The position numbers and the translations under genes are program-made. Below the pieces are notes generated by a model. The model was not told the origin of the DNA and did no database searches. It worked only from the letters and a program-made list of their open reading frames with translations. Shown here piece after piece: positions 10,611 to 22,470 of a DNA stretch of 64,000 nt (its first letter is position 1; the number at the start of each line of letters is the position of its first letter). Where the stretch lies: NCBI GenBank assembly GCA_051294905.1, contig CM119377.1, positions 13,392,001 through 13,456,000 of the forward strand, written 5' to 3'. The DNA is from Botryllus schlosseri. Its lineage: Eukaryota.

Positions 10611-10845
10611 CTGCCATAGTGTCCTATATGGTGTCGACACAAGCAAATCTCACGGCTCAGTGAAATTGTATCACGTCACAATTTCCATTTAACTACAGGC
10701 AATTTGACGGTCATTTTTGACCGGCTTGCCGAGCATTAAATTTGGTAAAACGGGTATCAATCGAAAGCTGACTCTGCACTGATTACGAAAATATAAATTT
10801 TATTCCGCTCGTGGCCCTGGAACTCCCACAATCAGCCTCGAAATT

Positions 10846-11010
10846 TTCATTGTTATGGAGATTGGCATTGGGACGCAACAATGCTGTCTAGCCGTTTTTC
10901 TCTTGAGCTACTATCTCGTTTCGCCAGACAGCATTGTTACGTCCTGAGCTTCTCTCTCGTTTCGCCAGACAGCATTGTTGCGTCCCAATGCCAATCTCCA
11001 TAACAATGAA
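10846..11010. repeat. Foldback element: perfect 44-bp inverted repeat with an internal 41-bp-period direct duplication
   Basis: 10846-10889 TTCATTGTTATGGAGATTGGCATTGGGACGCAACAATGCTGTCT is the exact reverse complement of 10967-11010; ctcgtttcgccagacagcattgtt occurs at 10915 and 10956. Confidence 0.95.
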
Positions 11011-11165
11011 TGCTCGATTTATTAATATTTAGTGTTTCAAGCAAGGAATACCACCAACCGTTTTTTGCAGTTGACAACGGCATCCGTCACGCCAGTGATT
11101 CTGGATTGGTTGCGAAGGGAATAAATTTTGGTCGCTTACCGTACCCGACCTATCGCTTATACATG

Positions 11166-11740
11166 CAGGGTTGTAACGACTCGAGTCCGACTCGAGTCAC
11201 GATTTTCTAATGACTCGACTTGACTCGAGTCATTTTTTCAAAATACGGAAATGACTCGACTCGACTCGAGTCAATCAGTGTATTGACTCGACTTGGACTC
11301 GAGTCATTGCGCATGACTCGAACCAAGTCATTGACTCGAGACTCAGACGGCCAAGACCGACATTTCATTGTAATTCCGAAGCCAACACACTATTGGGATT
11401 TCGTCTGTTGGTACTGGTACTTGAAAATGCGACCAGAAACTGCTAAAAGTGAGGAAAATTGTTATGTTATAAATGCCAACCATTCGATATCACCAAACAA
11501 AGTTATAAAAAGTGGGTTTACCAAGACTTTAACTGGAAACTGAGCAGTCAACACAATGACTTGGACTCGGACTCGAGTCATAATTGCATGACTCGGACTC
11601 GACCCGCTGCCCGCTGCCCGCTGACTTGGACTCGGACTTGACTCGGTGGTGAATTGAAATGACTCGACTTGACTCGAGTCAAAACTATAAAAGTGAGATT
11701 GACTCGTGACTCGGAGCCTTGTGACTTGGTTACAACCCTG
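11166..11740. mobile_element. hAT MITE (575 bp) with GACTCGAGTC/GACTCGGAC arrays
   Basis: 12-bp perfect TIR CAGGGTTGTAAC; perfect TSD TATACATG at 11158-11165 and 11741-11748. Confidence 0.95.
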
Positions 11741-12081
11741 TATACATGTACGTGATATTTACATAATTTATTTTCAGTCGCGCATTGCGGCAATGATCGT
11801 TCTTTTGTGGTTGATTTGGTCGCTTCCAAGTCCACTGTGTTCGGTACCATTTCTAATATGTGACAGGCCAATCAGTGTTGTTACGATGATGTGGTCTGAT
11901 GATTATAAAAATGTGCCCAATCCTGTATCATTCAAGTCGGTTTGGTGTCACATTAAGGTCGATCTGACACTATTGGCCTGCAAAGGTCGCGGTAAAGATT
12001 GTCGTTGCTCCTGATATAATGGAATCGCTTGCACACCAGACGAAGCTAAAGGAATATCTCCTTCCGAGAGGCTTCCGCTAG

Positions 12082-13544
12082 CAGTGGTTCTCAACCTTTT
12101 TGGCTTCGCGAACCCCTTTTGACCGTCACGGACTCTCGCGGACCCCCTCAAGTTTTAGTTCAATTTTAGCTCTATTATGGTGCAACCTTCATATCTGTCT
12201 TGTGCAAATACGAACTGTGGGCTTGCGATGAACAGCAAAATAATGACTTTTCTTGAAAATAACATCATACTATTTATGTAGAAATTGGTAGACTTTTATT
12301 ATTTCAAAGCTAATTTTGCAGCTGTATTTCTTGAAGTACGTGGTCGTGTCTTCGTTATGATAGAAACGAGGAGTGGCTAAAACCATTTCCGCAAAGATAG
12401 ATGGAGGCTAATGCAATATTAACGCATAACGCTTTCGACGATACTTTTGGTGTGATCGCAACATTTATGCCACCAAAATGACGAAACATATATTTTATGA
12501 ACATATCACGTCCCGCATCTAGCGCAGGGACGGGCAACATACAGACCGCGGGCCGGATTCGGCCCTCGACGGCATTTCGATCGGCCCGCAGAGAGTTTCT
12601 ACCGTCAAAGTAAAATCGTAATCTAATAGTATAGACATATTTTCTGCGCCAAAGAATGGATCCAAGTTTTCCAATCTGAGAAAGACTGTCATGAAACTAC
12701 TTGTTCTGTTCGGGTTTACATATATATTTACGAGCAAACATTTTCGATCATGAACAATTTAATATTAACAAGACAAGGCTGCATACCAATATAACTGATG
12801 ATATGAATTTCAGGGTTGAAGCGTAATGCTTTGATAGCAACGAAACACTACTTGTTCATCAAAAAAGCAGCCTTGTCGATAGGGCATCCGCAATAAGAAG
12901 GCGCCAAATCTGATAGCTGAGCTTTAAGAGCAGGTATATAATTATCCGATTTATGACGGGTGTCAGCCGAAAATATTCGGGTAGGCTACATTTCAATATG
13001 AATATACTATTCAATTGTATATTGAAGTTCTGCCTCAAAGAAGCTGTTCAAATAGTGGTTATGTATATCACAGGATAAAATGGATTTCATGGCGATGTTT
13101 CAATCTCTGCATTGGGACAAACTAGGGATATACTTCGGAATTTATTTTTTTCAAACGACTGTACACTACTTTGATGAGACTAACAACTTCAAATCGAGAA
13201 GGTTTCGCAGACATTACGAAGTCACCCTCATTGACGTTACTATCTCCATATTTTTATTTTCTCCACAAACCTCAACAAAACGTCTCATAACAGCAATATG
13301 TTTGTATCAGCAGGTTAATGGAAAACTGACAATGAAAATGAATTTCCACACTACGATAGTTCATGTCAGACGATTATTATGATGATATGAGTCATGATGT
13401 TTTAGCAGTTGTGGGGCAAAACTGCCTCATGCTTTCTCAAATTAAAAAAATGAAGTAAAAATTAACATATCACCAATACTAAAAATTTAGAGGTCTCGCG
13501 GACCCCCTGAAATTGCTTCGCGGACCCCCGGTTGAGAACCGCTG
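12082..13544. mobile_element. hAT Charlie/Buster-type element (1463 bp)
   Basis: TIR CAGTGGTTCTCAACC / GGTTGAGAACCGCTG (14 of 15 match); GCGGACCCC subterminal motifs at both ends; flanks share CGCTAG (right flank CGCTAGAC, left copy 2 nt short). Confidence 0.9.
12525..12900 (+). pseudogene. Nested truncated Charlie/Buster element end plus degenerate transposase C-terminal (dimerisation) fragment
   Basis: A left end CAGGGACGGGCAAC...GCGGGCCGGATTCGGCCC follows ATCTAGCG. Bases 12659-12800 translate with frameshifts to KFSNLRKTVMKLLVLFGFTY/IYEQTFSIM/NINKTRLHTNITD, like the Buster-type FPNL...LFGSTYxCEQxFSxM motif. Confidence 0.7.
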
Positions 13545-14232
13545 CGCTAGACTATTCGGCGCTGGTCATTTCGTCGCCTTAACAGTGGACATATCAATGT
13601 CGAACGTTTTGGCCAGCATGCGACGGTTATTTGTTTATTGTTTTATTGCCGCCAATCATGTTGGCAACTCATACACCGCATGGGAGTCGCATGGTCGCAC
13701 GTTGTCCGAAACTTTATGCCTAGACCGTGTCTTCTATGGCGTGAAAATGCCCAGCGCCGGAATGCCGGTTCATAAGTTGCGCTCCCGTAAGCTGCACAGT
13801 GAATAACACTCCTAGACTAAAGCACCCAAACTGTTTCGTGCGATATTTGGTTGACGTTCTTTGATAACTGATAATACGGTTGACTCATTTCTGTATATTA
13901 GGCATGGCTATAAAAAACATTTTCGATATACATATTTGTTTATTGGGGGTTCCCACATTATAATCAAGACATCGGCTACCAAGAAATGGCGCGAAGCGCT
14001 GAACAAAATTTCAAGATAAGTAAAATCTGCCCTCTTAGATTATATTTTATGTTGATTTACGAAATAATTTTGGATCGACTACGTCCGAGCTTTGTACATT
14101 TTGAAAACTTCTGTTTCACTTTTTGCAAAAACATGGTCTCAATATGTCGCTTCCGCGAAATCATTTGGCGTCCTATGAAAATTCATCTCGCGTGCCACAA
14201 ATGGCAACCGTACCGGAGTTTGCCGACCCCAG

Positions 14233-14416
14233 GGCTACAAGCTGTAAAATGTCAAATAATAAGTTCGCCGACAGTGCAAAATCCATGATACAAATGAAAT
14301 GCAGGTTGCAAAAAAGTTTGAACTTTTTGAACAATTTTGACATTTCTTGACCTAACGCTACAATTTTGACATAATTTTGATTTTTTTCACATGTCAAAAA
14401 ATGGCCCTACTGATCA
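14233..14416. repeat. Dispersed repeat arm (GTCAAAA/TTTTGAC motifs) ending in GCCCTACTGATCA; inverted related copy at about 38760-38965
   Basis: The reverse complement of 14233-14400 aligns by eye with 38760-38965 (tttgacatgt...caaaatt...tttgcaacctg...tttgcactgtcg...tttgacattttacagct). Confidence 0.8.
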
Positions 14417-14577
14417 GTGAAGTGTTTTGCTCTTCATCGAGTAACTGAGTGATGCTATTTATAATCAAGTACGCGGCTTCGAATACAGTCGAGTATTCGA
14501 GTATCACTCATTATAACTTCATGAGAGTAAGGATGATATGGAATGTTCAAATATCTATCTTTTATTCGACCACAAAA

Positions 14578-14730
14578 CAGTGTCGAGATGACTCGAGTCA
14601 ACTTTTGCAGATTACTTGACTTGACTAGAGTCAAAAATTACTGTTGCACGAATTACTGGATTTGGCTTGACTCAGTGTTTCAGAAATGTGGATTGACTCG
14701 TGGCTCGAAGCATAATTTTCGAGTCAATTT
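14578..14730 (+). mobile_element. Degenerate left end of the 1805-2776 hAT family
   Basis: cagtgtcgagatgactcgagtc...ttcagaaatgtggattgactcg...cgagtcaatttcaagtc parallels 1805-1975. Confidence 0.8.
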
Positions 14731-14850
14731 CAAGTCGTCAAATAATAATCGGTGTGACGGTGACTCTACGTACATGTACTCGACACGCTGAGGATCCGTG
14801 CAAGCAAAGCAATTTACAGCGTTGGCGGGGCAGGGCACAATGGGACAAGC

Positions 14851-15200
14851 GGTGGGGGAAATGGGACAATATTTATATATCAGTTAACAAGACACTGATA
14901 ACTGTTGAAGAAAATGATGGATCAGCAGGTGTATATTTACATTCCGAAGTTTGGAATCGTAATGAAACTTGCATGGATGATCGCTGCCGGCTCGTCGATC
15001 CACATTGATTATAACGGGCGGAAAATAACATGAATATCCCCCGTTTATTGCGTGACACTTCAAGGAATGTTTTAAGGGGGTATTTGGTGACGATCGTGAT
15101 TCTGCGCACTCTTCTGTTGATTTTTATATATTTTGTAAAATCTGCTTTTGGTTATCAATGGCCCATTGTGCCCAGCCAAATTGTTCCAATGTGCCCCACC
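14851..15200. mobile_element. Degenerate MITE, possibly pogo/Tc1-like
   Basis: Imperfect TIRs GGTGGGGGAAATGGGACAAT vs reverse-complemented GGTGGGGCACATTGGAACAAT, with duplicated subterminal GGGCACAATGGG; no clear TSD. Confidence 0.4.
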
Positions 15201-15799
15201 CACTTCTTCAGAGCAAAAACACACTATAAACTTTGAAATCACAATCCCGCGCCTAAAATAGCATACAGTGCGATTAATAAACTGCTCTGACGAAGCTGTG
15301 TACTACTTTCAAGAAAAAACAAAGGAGATATAGGCTCTACGAAGGGTTGTCCATAATTTGGAAAATCTCGAAAATTATGCGTATATCCATGTCTCATTCT
15401 ATAGATCATTGATAAAAAAAACGTCAATGTGCTTCAATAAGCTCTCAGGAAAGTCGTTTAGATTTGTCTAAATGCGTTTGTTTGTTTTTGTTTTATTCGC
15501 ACAACTTTGGCGCTTATCGCCTATAAGGTCATTTGCGCCCAGTACATCAATTTCAGTAATTTCAACGGTCTTTTACGGTCTTTTTCGTCAGATTACGGAC
15601 GACTTCCATGCACGCGCTCTTCCACCATCAGTCTCTCTCGATTTTCATGCGGCTGCAACTTAGTCTTTTGATGCCATCTTTCGGGAGTTCGGCTCTCTCT
15701 TTCTCTGGGCTTTTCAAGGCGTAGTAGCTGCTGTAGAGGGGGCAAATCGACTAATAGACTTCGAGCCGAGTCGAGTATCCCTCATCATAACGCCATAAC

Positions 15800-16338
15800 T
15801 CGGGTTGCATTTAAAACAAAAATCAATTTGAAACAAACAGGTTTAAAACAATGCCCTTGTTTAAAACATGATTTTATTGTTTTATTATTTTTAGCCATGA
15901 CGTCACTGAGGATTGGCATTGACGATTGAAAATATAAGGTGAATATGGCTCCTTCGACGAAAAGGGCTTCCGACCCCTGTCATAAACAGACCAAAAATAT
16001 CTTCAACCAGGACTACATTGTTATGCAGCATTTTTACGGCCGGCGGTCATCATCATCAGAACACCCATTCCCTACCAATGATCTATATCTAACTGCAAAA
16101 ACTGTTGAAGCGACGACGATTTCGAGGGTGCCAGCCGCCCCACATTGTATAAGTCGACTATTTTGGGTAAAAATCGTCCATAAGCTCATACCACATGGTT
16201 TTCGGACGTATTTACACAATTATGGCATATTTAGACGACGTTTAAAAAATATTTTTTAAGGCATTTGTTTAAAGCACTGTTTAAAACATGCTTTAAATAA
16301 AAAAATTTAAAACACCATTTGTTCTAAATGCAACCCTA
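15800..16338. mobile_element. Older hAT MITE with TTTAAAAC arrays
   Basis: TIR T(C/A)GGGTTGCATTTA(A/G)AACAAA; flanks GCCATAAC / TCCATAGC (6 of 8 match). Confidence 0.75.
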
Positions 16339-16379
16339 TCCATAGCACTACAGATGGCATGGCAGCACCTTTTATTCGG

Positions 16380-16640
16380 CCTCAATCTGTAAAACATGTG
16401 GGCGTCATGATAGACCTCAGATTGTCATGGAGACCGCATATTGGTGCTCTTTGATGCTCTTTCGTGTGCTGTAGGTATCGTAAATATATTGCAAAAGCTA
16501 CTGCCTTGGTCGCGTTCTGCAACTATAGTATACTTTGGTATGCAATAGGCAATTTGTGTTTGGACTTCCGCTTATATTAGGCCAGCACTGGAAGTATCAC
16601 AAAACCATGCTGTTGGACCAGTGGTGGCCAATCTGTTCGC
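16380..16640 (+). pseudogene. Degenerate L2/CR1-type LINE ORF2 C-terminal (post-RT) fragment
   Basis: QSVKHVGVMIDLRLSWRPHI followed, in another frame, by AVGIVNILQKLLP...VWTSAY..LEVSQNHAV matches the KYLGV..D..L.W..HI / GIL..L...LP / VWG.AY...LE..Q.RA pattern; stops and frameshifts are present. Confidence 0.7.
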
Positions 16641-17189
16641 TATTCACGGCCGCATTCCAGGGCATGGTCGTAATCACGGCAGAAAAAGCACTTCGTCAGC
16701 CCGCTCGCCCCAAAAAACCGTTGGTCTTGCCCCCCATAGTGTGACAAACCTAACTTTTTGAATTTTTGAACTTTTCAGATTCCCGATTGAATTTCGTCAT
16801 AATATTATTTTCACATATTACTATCCGACATTTATCCTTTCTTGGCCTATGTGATCAGATTCACCCACAGTTCGAGAACACCTGCATTAGACATTCAGAG
16901 CACTGTACAAGGTTTCCGCTCCTTACCAAAAACAGATAACTCTCTGCATCATTCGCACCAGCGTATGTGAGTTCAGTTGCCCGCGTTGCCGCAATGCTTG
17001 CCAATCTCCGCGTCAAGGCTCGAAAAGCTCGAAAAGCTCGAAAATATGTTTGCGAGCAACGCCCCGATCGCAAACTGTGTTGGCATGTTCCGTAAGGTCG
17101 ACTGACTCATATTCAAATGCTGTTCATATATAAAACCCAGGGATATCTAGAACTTCGCCACTTCATCTTCAAAGTTCTCATTTGAATAT

Positions 17190-17268
17190 TTACTACTGCG
17201 GCCGCGGGCGACCCATTTTGCCCTGACGGCCGACCTTGCGCCCGCGGGCATCGCATTGGCGACCCCTG
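17190..17268. mobile_element. Solo right end of a Charlie-type hAT element
   Basis: gcggccgcggg...cccgcgggc...ttggcgacccctg (reverse complement CAGGGGTCGCCAA); no matching left end with TSD was found. Confidence 0.6.
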
Positions 17269-18352
17269 ATATGGATCAATGCAATACGATCAGTTTAAGA
17301 CCAAATACCGCAATTTTTTCTTGAAAAAATACCAAATCGGTTATGGTTTACAATGAATGTGATTGAATACTGTTCCACCTGTTTCGTCTCCTGTGAACTC
17401 GTCTTGATATATAGGCCTATATTTTACACTGTGTACTGTATAAGGTTACCATATTTTGAGAACCGAACAAGAGGGCACTTTTTAAAAATTCTGAAATCTC
17501 TAGTACCGAAAAAAGGTCATAACTTTGACTCGACTCCCGCATTGCCCACTTTCATCTGTGGTGTTGACACTAAAAAGGGCAATCTTTCCCATCCCTATTC
17601 CCGAAATACTCGTCGCGGCGAATTTTTCGTTGATTGTCTTGTCAACTCTGGCATTCGCTGCGTCGGAGTCGATTTTTTGATCATATGTCAATACTTTTTC
17701 TAGAAAAAGAAGATAAATTCCCAAAAAAGAAGACATTTAGGCGTCCTTCGAGGACTAATTCAATTAATTGAAAAATGAGGACAAATCCTCTTATGAACAT
17801 AACAAATATAACCAAACTTTCACTAATCCTACAATTTTCCAAATAGCTCTGTGCACTGTGCACATGGTAACCATATAGTACTGTACGTGCATTGTGCAAT
17901 CGTGCTTGTATAGGCTACTTCACTTGTGTCCTGCTTGGATCTTTACTGCCAGTGCCCATATCCATCCATGTCTTTTATCTTTTTGTAATTTCTATGTCCA
18001 TTGGTTAATTTATTTGACTGTCACATTCGTTAGTCTTTACAGACCTGCATCTTGCCATATTTAATCGTCTATAACCCCGCAGGGTACCGACTGAATTTGA
18101 CACCGTCCGCGTCCGGTCCCCCAATTCATACCAATTTGCCCGTTGTCGCCTATTTATTGGTGAGATGAAAAGTCACTGACTGACTCAAGGAAAATTATTC
18201 TTCCCAGCGCGGGGATCAAGGTATCAAAGCTATAATTCTCCACGATCATTACAGAACGCGTAGTGGTAACGAGCGCACAATTCTGGTACTTTCACTAATC
18301 GAATCGAACCATTACATTCAGATTCGCGTACTCCCGTGCCCAGTCCTAGATA

Positions 18353-18559
18353 TGTTGCCCGACATTTGAGCATGCGACAAAATGAAAAACGACTGCTGAG
18401 CATACGACTCAACAACATGGGGACACATGAGCGTAGGAACACACTGTGTCTCTATGCTCATTGCTCACGCGTCGCCATTACAAAAAGTCGCCATGCGTTA
18501 CTGTCGCATACTCAAGTGTCGCTTGCTTTTATGTCACATGCGCATTTGTACACGGACCC
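18353..18559. mobile_element. Second, more degenerate copy of the 53628-53887 MITE family
   Basis: gttgcccgacatttgagcatgcgacaaaatgaaaaacgac is nearly identical to 53630-53670; the copy ends cacggaccc; flanks CCTAGATA / TATAGATA. Confidence 0.75.
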
Positions 18560-18957
18560 TATAGATATACTACAGTAGGACGTACTCGAAAAAATCGTAA
18601 GTCATTAGTCGAGCAATCATCGCAAAATACCCGATTCGGATTAGAGTACTCGAATCCATCATTGCACACAGCTCTAGCCATTATGCAACGATTTCTTGCT
18701 ATGAAAGACATAGGCTATGTCCACCCCGCTAAAATGCCATATCGGAGATGCAAACTGTTGATATTGGGGAGTCTGTAGGTAAGAGCCCGTTGCTATTGAG
18801 GCGAGATGATCTCAACCGTACTTTGGTGACTTTGAAACGCAATGCAGTCTTCGGACGCCGAATTTCGGATTTAAAAAAATGATTATTCGCTTATCTCTGC
18901 TGCAGACTAAGTAGGCCTACTTTTAGGATGGAAAGTGATGACACACTGGGCGGACAC

Positions 18958-19462
18958 CAGAGATGAGCGGATTTGGAATTTCTATGTCCTAATTCAATCC
19001 AAATCCGAAGATTCAAATCCTAAACCAAATCCAGAACTTTTGTATATTGAAGTCCATGTCCAATCCTAATCCGATCCCAACTTGAAATTCAGAAAAAATG
19101 CAAATTTATGCAAGGGAGGAATTAAAAATTTTTCTTTCACAACCAACAATTGTCGTGATTTAAGATAACTTGGCATATGGCGGCAGTATGCACCTCTCAT
19201 GCTCATTGCTCATTGGCACCGAGTGTACAATAGTGTAGTGTACCGTAAGCACAATAATAACTGATCTGAATAAAGTTTTTCGCCATTCGCCACACGACAT
19301 ATCAATCTACCAGGGATGGTTTAGATATCCCTGCAATCTACCAGAAAATCGTAAATCCAATCCAAGTTCGTTCAGAAAAAAATCTCTAATCCTAATCCAA
19401 TCCAAATCCGACAAAATTTCACAAATCCTGTTTTCTCAAATCCTAATCCATGCTCATCTCTG
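18958..19462. mobile_element. hAT-like MITE with AATCC arrays; related right end at about 44420-44650
   Basis: 11-bp TIR CAGAGATGAGC / GCTCATCTCTG; the TSD is degenerate (5 of 8); the same right terminus occurs at 44640-44650. Confidence 0.75.
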
Positions 19463-22461
19463 GCACAAACGAAGTCTGATCTCAATACGCACGCTAGTGT
19501 CAATTTTGCCGAAACCAAAGGTCGTCGAACCAATTAAAGTCACATACATTCTTATGGGCGACGAGGTATGCAGCACGCATAAGACTGGTCACTGACCAGA
19601 CTACTCATCAAAGCTATCAACCCTGCCACATTCAACATCATGCCGATTGTACTAGCACTGCAACTTATGTGCCAGAGAATGGGCGATGCGGTACGATGTG
19701 GTAAGCCTAGTGCAGGAGTATAAACCTTCCGCGCACTGCGGTCACATTAGAGCCTCGTTCTGTATCCATGGCGTCTTGAATCGAGCGCGTAAGAATTGAT
19801 CGCAGGCTGGTCGGCATATCGCTATTGTAACCCTTTGCCCGAACAAACACCCAACGCGTATATTCTTGGGAATAATGTAATCAAAGTTTAAATTTATTAT
19901 AATCAGCACTCAATGACATCTATACACCACCGAGTGGACAGTGAAAGGAAATGAAACAGAGCAATTGATGCTACACTGCGGTGCGTATATTAGAAGTTGA
20001 AAACTGTTGACTTTTGATTGTGGCACAGCCAATATTCGTAATACAGCGGTGATGTTGACAATTATCAGAATACGGTAAGATTAATGGTTGTTGACTAATA
20101 GCATGTTGCACCTGGCATTATGGTTGAAGTGATAGAACAAAATATACTGCATTAGTAAAAGACGTTGCTTTATAGAAAAATACACCTGACGATACATCGA
20201 TTCGTGGTTACGATTGGACGTTTGGCATTAGTTGAACGTGTGGCTTGAAACTGTACGGGTCCATGGATTATCATCGAAACCCAACAGGTTATGTTGATGT
20301 ATGTAAATACAGCAAGGTCACACTGTAGGGCAATTTAAGCGATTCGTGAAAAATAGAATACCGACAGATTTGGGATGTATATTTCTATCAGTGGTTATGC
20401 GCAATGCATATAACCACGCGTTCATGGGTACACGGGTGGTCGTGAAAAATTTGCAATATGATAAAAAATGTTGATCCTTACGTCTAGCTCTAGCATCTGT
20501 TTTTCACGAGACCGTTTTGTATCTCAAAGCGAAGGAATGCAATATAAAGGATGAGTAACAAAAGCAGACACAATAACTGCTATATGCGTTAATGAAGTCA
20601 CGAAATGGCGGATTCGATACGTTAAAATCGCCCGAAAATCACAATAGCAATATACATACAAAGCGAAAATTTAGTCATACGTCGACAGACACTGCTATTC
20701 AAGTCTGATAAATAAAAAAAGAAAGACAGTCATCAAGAATAATTAACAACATCCGAGCAATGGAACAGATAGCAAATCTTATTTTTCTGCGAGAGAGGCA
20801 CTACACGATGCTAAGTACTAAAACGTCGCCTCATGTGATAAATGCAAGGCGGAACATACACAAAAGAAGGCGGACGTTACGTCACAACCTCGAGCAATCC
20901 GGAAACTAGTTGGCGTAGTAAAATGTTGCCCGACATATAAAAAGGAAATAAAGAAAGAGTTGGATCATGTTCTAATCAATGGAGGAACAGTTGGACACTG
21001 GCTACATAGAGATGTAGCATTTTGCACAGCGTTATCGGTCTTCGTGGGTGGAGACGTACACCATAGTTGTCGGTGCGGTGGGTGACCCATATATAACCAC
21101 CTGAGCAGCTTCAAGTTAAGAACTCCTCGCTCCAACTGTTAGCGATTCTGTTCAATGTAACGACAGTTTAGTCGGCTTGCGTTGTTGCTTGACTAGATGT
21201 GACACCTAAAATACAGAGAAAGACATTTGTTAAGGGATTATATAAATGCATTGAGATATGTTTGTAGAATTGTATTCAGGAATGTTGTAGTACGACATTA
21301 AAATCACACCGACATTAAAAAGTTAGGCGCATGCCAACATTCGACTGCAGTTGGGGAAAATTTGGATTTATATGGTATACGACTAGAAAATCTCACGTAA
21401 AGGAATGAATACAAGCGAATGTGCGAAATTGAACAGGCCCAAAGAAAATCTCCAGTCGGGGCCTACGATACTTAATTACGATACTTAAGTATCGTAGGCC
21501 TCGCTCCAGTATCTACGTAAAATGCAGATTACGTCTCAATATTTAGGATATGAATCGAATTGAAATCATCATCAAAGTCTGTTCATCTGACAAGAATGTA
21601 TGGATGAACAGAAAGTAGTATCGGAACAAGTTCAAAGGCGTGCTTGAGCTTCGGTCAAATATCGAGAATCCGTGTTCCACCGAAATACAGTTTCTATCCA
21701 AGAAAATGAAAGATACCATAGCGCATAGCACACAAGTGCCAGTATTTCAATCCCAATACCTAGCAGCGAATATTGTAGACTAAAGCGTTCCTACTTACGA
21801 ATCTATAGGTACGCAACAAACGCATTCTTACTCACCTTCGAAAGGACGTGCCGCTGAATCGTCATGAAAACCATTCGCCAGGAGAGCCTAAATATAATTT
21901 ATCGATGAATACGTAACCGGTTTTATTAAAATATGTAACAAGGCTGGATCGCAATTAAGTCGTGATATCTTCAATTTGATTTACACAATATAAATATTCT
22001 CACCTGTTGTAGCCATGCTTGTCGCAGCTTTTGTAAAACAGCAGGATCTGGTTGATTAGAGTCTTGCGAATTATTATCATCGCTACTTTGCGACGCAGCT
22101 GTCTTCTGCGAGGAAATCATACTGATAAATGTGTACTGGCGGGCTTCGGCGGTAGAAAAGGATTACAGGGGCTAAGGCAAGAGCTGTTGGGGGCAACGGA
22201 TCTACAGCGCGCGGAAAGAGCTCAGCAGTAAATTGGGCGTAAAATTTAACAAGTAAATACGATAAGTATCGAAGCCAATAATCGACGTCGGCGTCAAGGT
22301 TTGGAGACAGAAAATTAGCAGATAATACGCCATGGGCACGTTTCAATAAAAAATCAATATACGATCGCGTGTTTTGAGAATTACGCAAGTCGACAATGGC
22401 ACATAACTCGCTCATAACCCAGGGAAAATTTAACATAAATGTAGCTGATTGTACGATGAAT

Positions 22462-22470
22462 TCATGTTGC
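22462..22470 (-). CDS. ZFHX3/4: ZFHX probable terminal coding exon (GCA ACA TGA), followed by 3' UTR
   Basis: tttttctgacttgcggaaatgcag acceptor with a ctgac branch point; stop after two codons; AATAAA on the minus strand at 21927-21922. Confidence 0.55.
   Translation of the reverse strand, partial: AT

Noticed and set aside
11990-12080. KVAVKI kinase-like hexapeptide on the plus strand
   Set aside because: Short frame bounded by stops, with no other kinase subdomains.
13513-13806. 97 aa plus-strand ORF
   Set aside because: It starts within a hAT TIR, and restoring the pre-insertion site does not extend the frame; no recognisable domain.
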